Shown here one piece after another: positions 53,678 through 64,000 of a DNA stretch of 64,000 bases. Each line of letters starts with the position of its first letter. Position 1 is the first letter of the stretch. Made by a program: the position numbers and the translations under genes. The notes under the pieces are model-generated. The model searched no databases and was not told where the DNA came from. It saw only the letters and a program-made list of their open reading frames with translations. Source of the DNA: Octopus sinensis (Eukaryota); the NCBI RefSeq assembly GCF_006345805.1, contig NC_043008.1, positions 3,534,001-3,598,000 on the forward strand, in the 5' to 3' direction.

Positions 53678-54072
53678 ATCCACCGCTTCTCAACTCCTGC
53701 TGGTTTGTATACATCCTCCAAATCTAGCGGCAAAATATCGGCAAAAAAATGGCGACAAAATAAGCAAACTGCGTTTGAACATGTATGGTGGTCGATTTTT
53801 TAACTTCAATGTCTGAAGCAAGTAAAAGAATAAAATAACACGTATCTACGTTTGTCTTTATATATTGCTATGTTCTTGATTTTCCACTATATTTTTGTGT
53901 TCTTCCGAGTTGGAATATTGCCTTCGAAAGTCATATAGCGCCTTATTCTTCAGAATTTCAAATACCTGATCAACAATAGACCATCGCGAGATTGTCAGTA
54001 AGAACACAGTGCTACAGACACATGTGTCGATGCGAATGTGTGAGTGTGAGATTTTATGTATGTATATATATT

Positions 54073-54123
<51 letters not shown>

Positions 54124-54133
54124 TATATATATG

Positions 54134-54200
<67 letters not shown>

Positions 54201-54914
54201 GTACGTATGTATGTAAATACACACATACATACACATACACACACACATACATACACACAAGGCAATAAGCTCAAAGAGAAGGCAAGGTGGGACAGGTAGA
54301 AAGTTGAAATATTAAAAATGGTTCGGCGTTCTGAAGAAGATTTATTCACCGTTACTTGAACGGTTTCAAAGTTTCATAATTTTGAAAATTAGTTTAAGAT
54401 GGAAGAATCTGGCGTAATGCCGTATTTGTTTTCTTAATTGTGATTGGGTTTTGACAATTTGCTCCTTTCTTTAGAAAAGTTCTGGCTTAAATTGCCATCA
54501 GATGAATAGTAGTTTGGTTGGTGCCATGAATGATAGTTGCGCCAAAAGTTAAAGCCTGTATCAAGCCAGTAATTATGCCATGTGACAGCATGCATAATTG
54601 CTTGTTATGTACGCATATTAGTTCAAGTGATAGTTTCGACGATAATTGTGCCAAAATTTAAGGTTACATTAATCCAGTGAGTGTATCGTGATGGTATGAA
54701 CAACACTTTGTCAGTTTAACTTAAAACAGGAAAATAACTTACTTGTGTATAACGCTATCTCTATGCCTGTGTATCAAAACGACAATTATAATAGAATAAT
54801 GTTCCAGTTCGATATGTTTTACAGTTTATTCGATTATTGGTTTGTATTTTTCTTTTCGTTATTACTTTCCTTTTCGTATAATTCTTCTGTTACATACATT
54901 ATTATTTCTTTATT

Positions 54915-55140
54915 GCCCACAAGGGGCTAAACATAGAGGGGGCAAACAAGGACAGACAAAGGGATTAAGTCGATTACATCGACCCCAGTGCGTAACTGGT
55001 ACTTATTCAGTCGACCCCGAAAGGATGAAAGGCAAAGTCGACCTCGGCGGAATTTGAACTCAGAACGTAACGGCAGTCAAAATACGGCTACGCATTTCGC
55101 CCGGCGTGCTAACGTTTCTGCCAGCTCCTCGCCGCCTTCT
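54915..55140 (+). mobile_element. SINE family A, well preserved
   Basis: Closely similar to 38155-38370 along its whole length. Confidence 0.9.
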
Positions 55141-55329
55141 GTTACATACATTATTCTACAGAAGTGTAAGAGATTCATTCAGTGTTTCGTTGATATGAGA
55201 GTTGGAGTGGATTTTAAGCTTTCGAGAGCACTTGAATATGTTGTGTATGAAAGGTTGATTACCTCCAGGTTTTTATATTCGCTTCGTGCCACCTCGTCTC
55301 GCAAATTTTGTCGACTGTATTGAGAAAGT

Positions 55330-56150
55330 GATCTTTTAAAGATTTTCACTCTGTTTGCGTTTCTGTATTCGTTTCCAATTTCATTGCTTTTATCAAGATT
55401 TCTTCTGCGTGGATTGTGAATGGACCTGTTTTCGTATCCGTGGAATTTATAAGTCTGATATTTTTGTTCCTTGTTTTAACGATTTCGGACACAATTTGCA
55501 CAACAGATTTCAGCAGAATTGGTTAGTATAATATTCTATTTCATAATTACTCAAAACAGCACTTCTCCCATCTCTGAAGAGATGTCGATTCTTCAGCTTT
55601 ACATTATTCCCTCCAAACTTTAATGCTTTTCTCATTTAATGGGCCGATGACCTTTTTACAATTTTCACTATTTTCTGGTTGATTTGAGTTTTTGCTAGTA
55701 ATAGCTCGATTTCCATTCTGAACTTGCCATCTTCTCAATAAGTTTTCTTTGTTCATCAGGTTCATTAGGGATAGGCTTAATTTTCAATTTCCTCAGAATA
55801 ATAATCGATTTTGAATTATTCCAATTTTCAGCTATTTCGGCTTCGCCGGTATTTTTCAACATGTTCCAACACGCAAATTTATGGATTTTGTGGTTTCTGT
55901 TCCAAATATAATTTAAGCTATATTTGATTGAAGGTTTAACGTTGCAAATTACAATGCATTGCGAGGTGGGGGTCATGGCATTAAAGTCTGTATATTTTTA
56001 GATATCTGGTCGAGGCTTGACTCCTCTCAATTTGTGCCACACCAACTGCCTCGTTGATTTCTTAGTTGTGATTCTAGGGTTTTTCAGTAAATCCTGCTTG
56101 GATTGAGAGATTATAAGATTTCTTTTTTCCTTGTATTAGCACCTCGGTCA
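55330..56150 (-). mobile_element. Possible decayed APE-type LINE (RTE-like) 5' region
   Basis: Weak remnants only: FATLNLQ resembling the APE start, and GPFTI..EEI..KAMKL. Confidence 0.3.
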
Positions 56151-56239
56151 GATTCTCTGTCTCTGTCTGTCAGTCTGTCTCTCTCTTTCTCTTTCTTTCT
56201 CTCAGTCTCTGTAAATATAAGTGATATGTTCGTATATAC

Positions 56240-56363
<124 letters not shown>

Positions 56364-56971
56364 GATAAATAGATAGATATATAGATATGCAGCTATATAT
56401 ACAGAGTTGGCCAAAATTCATCCGACAGTAAATCAAAATTCCATAAATACTCTCTGTAACTCTGTATTGACTCGAATGAGAAAATATGTCATTCAAGAAG
56501 GACGTCAGTTTGAGCAATTTTCATGATGTTTCACATTTAGATGCTTTTATTAAATTCATTCGGTAGTTAAACATAAATAAATCTTGGAATTAAATGGTTT
56601 TGATTATCAGGTGACTTTTGGCCCTCCGCAAAAATCCCAGATTTTATTTAATTTGCTTTGCGGGAGCAACTGTTTTATCGAAAGCGTATATTGTTGATAA
56701 ATGGTCGAAATACGAGACTAGAAAAACAGCCGACAACTGATGAAGGGTTGTTCTTTACGTTGTTTATTTTGTTTTCCATTTGTGTCTTTCGTTGTTCGAA
56801 AGAATAGTTCATGTTCCATGTACGCGTGGTTCGTATTTTTTTTGTTCTACCTGGTTCATGACGTCCTGAGCCTTATATATATATATATACGTATAGATGT
56901 AAGTATGTACATATACGTATGTATATATGCATATATATATATATATGTATGTATATATATATATGTGTGTG

Positions 56972-57014
<43 letters not shown>

Positions 57015-57204
57015 TATATTATATATATACATATACACATACACACAAATATATGTGTGTGTGTATGTATGTGTATATATATATACAAAATGGGACAAGA
57101 ACGCAAAACATCCAGACAGTCAGGTGATATAAGAAAGGGACAACAAAACATCCAGATAGACGATACAAAGAAAACTAGGAAGGGTTATTCGGAGCCATCA
57201 AAAA

Positions 57205-57460
57205 GCTCACAGAACATGTGTAAAATGTGGAAGGGGGGGGGGTGCCTCTCAGTTGAAGATCTAAAAAGACATGCTAAGGGAGTGCATATGGGGGCACCTG
57301 TTTCTCCTGCCAGCCTGCACACTGGTCCAATATGTAATAAAACGGGTAAAAGCTTGGCCGGGCTTAAAAGCCATATAAGGGCATCACATGGCAACAATCA
57401 TGAATCATTTCGGTAAGCCTTCGTGGCAATGGCTTTTCTCGTGTAACGAGGGTGCAGCTA

Positions 57461-57465
<5 letters not shown>
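57205..57465 (+). mobile_element. RTE-type LINE 3' end with two decayed C2H2-like fingers
   Basis: TCVKCGR(G)[15 protein letters not shown] (frameshifted by a poly-G expansion) and [24 protein letters not shown] short tail runs into (TA)n. Confidence 0.55.
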
Positions 57466-57510
<45 letters not shown>

Positions 57511-57559
57511 CGAAGTATTGACATAATCGCTCATATATATACATCATTCTAAAAGCATT

Positions 57560-58200
57560 TACGTCTTTCTTTCTTCACTTCCGTTTTTATAATTCTCTAT
57601 TCTCTTCCTTTTACCGTTTTTTATTTCCTTTGCCAAACGCCTGACTTTCTTTACTCTTTCATTGTCTTTTTCTTTCGTGTATCATCTTTATTTCCTTCTT
57701 TTCTTTCTTTCTTCTTTTTCTTCTTCTACTACTACTACTACTACTTTTTCTCCTCTTCCTCCTCCTCCTCCTCCTCCATTTTCTTCTTTTTTCTTCTTTC
57801 TTGCTCTTTCTCGTCTCCTTCTACATCTCTTCCTCTTTCTCGTCTTCATTTTTCTCTTTCTCTCTTTTTTCTTTCTCATCTTTATCTTTTTTCTTTTCCT
57901 TCTCTCATTTGATTTCCTTCTTTTTTCCTTTTGGCTTTCTAATTTTTTTCAGATGTTTTTTTTTTATTCTAATGCTTCTACAGATTAGACATTTCTGCTT
58001 CACTTTCTTTCCAGTCACATCATTTTTTCTCCCTTTTGTCTTTTTTTCTATCTTTTTTTTTTACTTCTGTCTCCCTTTTTTTTTCCTTTCTGTTTGCTTC
58101 CTGCTTTTCACTCCCTGCATGTCTCTATTCTCCTCCTTTCATTCTTCTGCGATTTCTTTCCCCAGCCCCCCCCCCCCACCTATTTTTTGCTTTTGTTCTT
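57560..58200. repeat. Polypyrimidine low-complexity tract
   Basis: Directly visible. Confidence 0.9.
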
Positions 58201-58464
58201 CCAAATCCTAATTTTAGCCAGTAAAAGCAAAAATGACGTAGTTTCATTGGGATTCTTAGAATGTCAGACACAGCGGCGATCGTTATTTACTTACCATCTT
58301 TCAGATTATCAGTTCAAATGTCCCACCCCCCCACCCCGAAGCAAACGCTGTCTTTCATCCTTCCAGCATCCTTCCAGGTTTGAAGCAATAAAGAACCACT
58401 CACACACCCACCGATTCGATTTCTTTTTCTTCCTCCATCGCATCTTAGATTTCTTATCCTTCAT

Positions 58465-58845
58465 CTTTTATTTGTTTCAATCATTAGACTGCGCCCATGC
58501 AGGGGCACCACCTTGAAGAATTTATATCTAAGGAACTAATCCCAGGACCTTTTTTTCTTTTTGTTTTTTTACAAGCTTGGTGTTTATTCTGTTGTTTACT
58601 TTTGCGCCTACCCGCTAAGTTACGGGGACGCAAACACACTAGCACCGGTCGTCAAGCGGTGGTGTGGGTCAAACACAGACACAAAGACACAAAGTGCTTC
58701 TTTCCGTTTCCATCCACTAAATCTATTCACCAGGCTTTGGTCTGGCCCGAGGCTATAGTAAAAAACACTGTCCCAAGTTGCCATGCAGTGGGACTGAACC
58801 GAGTACCAAGCTTCTTACTACACAGCCACGCCTGCGCTTGTAAAT
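58465..58845 (-). mobile_element. SINE family B, near full length
   Basis: Same architecture as 5085-5465. Confidence 0.82.
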
Positions 58846-59059
58846 GGAATTATAATAAAGAAGACTAACCAAAAAATAAGTCTCACTAATCTCAGATGTT
58901 ACCGTTCCGAGTTCGCATCGACTTTGCGCTTGGTTTTCTTTTTACAATTTTCGAATCGATCAAATAAAACAACAGTCACATATTGGAAATCGCTTTCTAC
59001 CTCCTCCTTAAAACGCAGCCTTGTGCTTGTGTTAGAGTTTACTATTCTGCTTAACTAAT

Positions 59060-59420
59060 CTGAGGGCGAGGGCTGGGCAGAATCGTTAGATTGCCGAATA
59101 ATGCATCTTGCTCCATTTTTTTCGGCTTATTACGTTCTGAGTTCAAATCCTGCTGAAATTGACTTTAACTTTCATCCCACTGGAGTCGATAAAATAAAGT
59201 ACCAGTCTAATACAGCGACCGGTTTTATCGATTTCCCCTCAAAATATCTGGCCGTGTTTCTAATTAGGAAACAATTATCAAACTAAGGTGAAGAGTGTGA
59301 ACTGACAGAATCGTGAAGAACTTTCGGACGAAATGCATTATGGTATTTAGTTACGGTTCTCTTCTTTCTGAGTTCACTTTCTGCCACGGACATCTTCGAC
59401 TTTCATCCTTGTGGAGGTTG
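59060..59420 (-). mobile_element. Two SINE family A copies
   Basis: ggcagaatcgttag...acgttctgagttcaaatcc...gactttaactttcatcc, with a second more decayed copy at ~59290-59420. Confidence 0.65.
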
Positions 59421-59554
59421 ATCAAGTAATATCATCGACGAGCGAAAGGCCACTAAGCATTATGCTAATGATTCTATCAGCTCATAACCGTCTCTTCGAT
59501 ATTCCTGAAGAGCAGTGCTTCCCAGGGTATTTTCCCCGTGAAACCTGAGTTTAA

Positions 59555-59870
59555 TCGAGCGTATCGACTCCAGTACATGGTTTTTTTTAAAGATTGGTAC
59601 TTATATCTTTTTTTTTGCCGAACCGCTTAGTTACCGAGACGTAAACACACCAAACCCAGTTGTCAGGCGGGGGGGGGGAGACGAACACACACACACACAC
59701 ACACATATACATACATATATATATACGACAGGCTTCTTTCAGTTTCCGTCTTCCAAATCAACTTGCAAGGCTTTGGTTGACCCAAGGCTTATAGTAGAAG
59801 ACATTTTCCCAATGATTGTGATTGTGAAGCCAGTTTCTTACCACACAGCCACGTCTGTGTCTAAGTTCTC
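59555..59870 (-). mobile_element. SINE family B
   Basis: ccgaaccgcttagttaccgagacgtaaacacacc...gacaggcttctttcagtttccgtc...aagccagtttcttaccacacagccacg. Confidence 0.78.
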
Positions 59871-61489
59871 CATAAAATACGTAAATACAGTTTCTGTGAT
59901 TTTGGGGGAGTCTATACAAGGGTTTCGCATGAAAGCAAGTGTGGTTAACACTGCAACAGGGTACCCTAGATGTGCTTAAATCTATGAAAAGAAAACTGTG
60001 ACAAAACTCATCCTTCCAAATTAGTGGTCTTGTGCCAGTGAAAAAAAAAATTATTACTACAGCTACTAAGTATTATCAGAAGTATACTAAGCCAAGAAGA
60101 AAACCTAAGCGTACTTTATAAATAGCAACACAAACATCTTCAGAACTTTCCCGGCCGTCTTATAAAGTGAGGTTACAAGGGATAATGTAGTGCTGTGTAT
60201 ATTATGCATGAATAAAACAAAGAATATCTTGTCACTTCTTAAATACTTTTGCTCATTGATGTGGTCGATGAGAGCCGTCTTGAACCAAAGCAACAACATC
60301 AATAGCTGCTGGTATTACTACTACAACTAGTGGTACTACTACTGCAGTTATGACTGCTACTACTACTACTAATACTACCTTTTATCGTCGCTTATTATTG
60401 TGTCTTATTTCTGTAACCTGATACAACTCCGTCAGTAGGTTAATCATAGGACTTCTGAGAGCTTAAGATATCATATTTGTGTTTCTCATTACCAACAACA
60501 ACACACAACAACAGCTTCAAAGACATTCTATATCAAAACACATACCATAGCGAAACAATAGTGTCGAGCCAACGAGGCTAGACTGCTTGTAAGTGATCGT
60601 TCGACTTATTAGAAATAGCAAACAATTTTCCCTCAAATCATCCTCATCCAGCCGTGATCTTTAAAAAAAAAGCAAGAAAAAAGAAAACTGAATTATGAGG
60701 AGCTGAGGGATGGAGTTGTAATACGAATATAAATACCCAGCTATTGATAAAAAATATATATACAGACAAACGCGCATGCGCACACAGACTCACTCAAGTA
60801 GACATGTATGTATATATACACGTGTGTAGCTCTATAAGTGTGTGTGTGTGTGTGCAAGTGCGTGTGCATGTATATGTGCATGTGTAAGCTTATATGTGTG
60901 CGTGTTGTTGTTGTTGTTAAACAACAAGATGGGTTAGGGTGATTAGGTGATGGTCTAGGGCTTAGGGGCGGGAGACCCCAGACCTTGGAAAAAAAAACTT
61001 TGGTCGTCTTGTTGTAGTCGAGGGCTCTTCGTTAAGGCCCGACACCACTGGGGGGTGGCCCTCGAAGTCGCTGGAAATGGAGATCTCCAGGTCAAAATTC
61101 TTGAACGGTTGTGTGTGTGTATGTTGGCGCAGTATGGTCGAATGGGTAACAAGTTCGATACACAAACACGGTTCCTGGGGTTCGATCCCACTGTATGCAG
61201 CAGCACCACCACTAGCTGTAGCAGGTGTAGTAATAGCAGCAGCAGCAAACGATGTTGTTGCTTTGGCACAAGTCCATCGATAGCTTAATACAAACAGATC
61301 CACAAAGTTCCCCCTCCTCACCAAGACTGCCATGATACTGAGGAGGAGGAGGGTGGGAGGAGAAGAATAGGGTGATGATGATGATGACAAATATCGCTGT
61401 TGTTAATGTGAGAGTCGGCAGTATCTGAATGACATTGAGATCTACGCATCTCTGAGTCAACCCGCAATGTGAAGAAGCGACCCGGGTAA

Positions 61490-62270
61490 AGAAACTGCAA
61501 TGGATCAGTCGAAAGCTTTTAATAGAGCTGAATATCAATGTTTGGCGGTTTTCCTGCAAGCTGGATCGTTGCAGTGGAACTTATTCGGCGGTCAGAGCAA
61601 CTGGTCATCTGTTGGACCCGAAACCGTCCTGTAGGATGCGTTCGGCCAGTTGAGGGCGCCTCTTACTCTCCGTTGTGTGGAAGGATGGTCATTTTGTGTT
61701 AATGATGCAGCCGCATGCACTTGGCCCACGGTGTCTTCAGCGGGTCTTTCACGGCGGGAACACTTGATCGCTGTTTACTAGATACGCTTTTCTACAGCTC
61801 ATCTCATTGACAAAGTTGTAGTCCTGGATCGAGAGTAGACCGAAGTGGGCTCTTAGTACCTACGGTTCCCTCAAGCGCTCCCACCTCTATGAGTCGGTAG
61901 GTGTTCGATCCTGTCGTTCGATAGTGGGTAAGTGTGACGATGGTCTCGGGGATACAGGGCGTGGATGTGAATCAACAATCAGCTAGCTGCTATTTTCCAG
62001 AGGACTTTCAGGCAGGGGCCCGTTGATAATTTCCAGAAATCCCTGGCCTGGTAGAGCTACCGGGTGGTAGATATAGATATAGATGATTCGAGATAACCTC
62101 TACAGGCATAGTACTGCTGTCTGTCGCACCTGCCTCACATTCGGAGAGAACGACGAAAACATCCTGAACGCGCTCGTACAGCACCTGAGTATCGCCGACT
62201 TTTGTGGAGTTATGTCGAATGGCTGCTATCTCACGTGTGGGACGGATCCGGCTATCAACCAACTAACTCT
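61490..62270 (+). mobile_element. L1/Tx1-clade LINE fragment (RT start fused to zf-RVT region, internally deleted)
   Basis: MDQSKAFNRAEYQCLAVFL, later RTFRQGPVDNFQKSLAW...RDNLYRHSTAVCRTC...DENILNALVQH. Confidence 0.7.
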
Positions 62271-62299
62271 TTGAATCGTTGGGGTTCCAAAATAAGGGT

Positions 62300-62700
62300 G
62301 AATTGTTATTGTTGTTATTAATAAGGGTGGTGGTGGTGGTGGTGGTGGTGGCGGTGGTGTTGGTGGTGCTGGTGGTGGTGGTGGTGGTGCTGGTGCTGGT
62401 GCTGGTGCTGGTGATGCTGGTGGTGGTGGTGGTGATGATGATGATGATGATGATGATGAGGAGGAGGAGGAGAATGATGATGAAGTTGATGATGATAATG
62501 ATGATGATGATGATGATGATGATGGTGATGATAATGATGTTGATAATGATGACGGCGTTGATGATGATGATGATGATGACGGTATTGATGGTGGTAGGAG
62601 CGGCGGTGGCGGCGGTGGCGGCGGTAGCGGTGAAGCTGGTGGTAGTCACGATGATGATGATGAGGACGGTGACGATAGTGGTGATGAATCCGGTAGAGAA
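62300..62700. repeat. Compound trinucleotide repeat (GGT/GCT/GAT/GAG/GGC)n
   Basis: Directly visible. Confidence 0.95.
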
Positions 62701-63234
62701 GATGTTAAAGGTTGAAAGATTCACTTCGTAAATTTCAATCATTATATTTTGAGAAATATTTCAGAATTCTGAATAAAACGTGAAGCTGTGACGTGCATCC
62801 AGCGGGCATGCGTGCACTTGGCATCATCTCAAATGCCAATTATGTCATCGGGGACAATTCGAATGAGAACAGCAACAATCATTCATTTTAAAAGCAGTAA
62901 CTACAACAATAACAATACTCGGAAGAATATTGATTTGTATCGATCAGGCACACGGGGCAATTTCAATGATGGGTATAGATGATAATATCGACTTTTTAAA
63001 GATATATATTTATAGATAGAGAGAGACGGGGGGGGGGGAGAGACTCACAAAACACACATACACACATGTACGTATGTATGTATGTATATATGCATGTATA
63101 CATGTATGTATGTATGTATTGATGTATGTATGTGTGTATGTACACGCGATTCCTTCAGCCGAATTCTACTCAGAAAGTATTGGTCAAGTCGAGGTTATTA
63201 TGGAAGTAGATTCTTGCCGAATATGAGGGTTATT

Positions 63235-63780
<546 letters not shown>

Positions 63781-64000
63781 ATACGCATAGAAAGCAACAA
63801 CATAAAAGAAAAGCGTTCTTTCATCGAAATCTTTCGTCAGCCTCACCCCCGCCCAAGAGGGGCGAACCGCATCATCTACCACTGCTTGTAAAAGCGATGT
63901 CAGAACACTCCAACGTAATACTATAAAAGAAAAGCCGAGAAAAGCTTGTCAGCATCTCAGCATCGGCCGCGCCGCCTTCATCGCCTTCATTATTAAGAAT

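Overview
This is AT-rich eukaryotic genomic DNA, most likely octopus/cephalopod. That assignment is an inference from the tRNA-derived SINE families, which I recall from octopus, and from the heavy (TA)n/(CA)n/(ATAG)n/(TACA)n microsatellite load. I cannot support any intact host protein-coding gene, rRNA, true tRNA gene or CRISPR array. Most ORFs in the supplied track are microsatellite artefacts or transposon debris. The window is mostly decayed mobile elements. These include a near-full-length R4/Dong-type (RLE) LINE interrupted by a Tc1/mariner element, and further R4-type 3' ends, three of them in tandem. There are also L1/Tx1, CR1-like, RTE and Penelope fragments, three more mariner-type fragments, a foldback-type MITE and many SINE copies. 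The most notable signals are a phase-compatible chain of candidate short exons in a TE-poor island (24.3-25.1 kb), closely spaced inverted SINEs that could form ADAR substrates, a degenerate hammerhead-like core, a stack of RLE-LINE 3' ends, a decayed C2H2 finger pair with splice-like borders, and several palindromes and phased motif arrays. TE coordinates are approximate and family calls come from manual motif recognition, not database searches.
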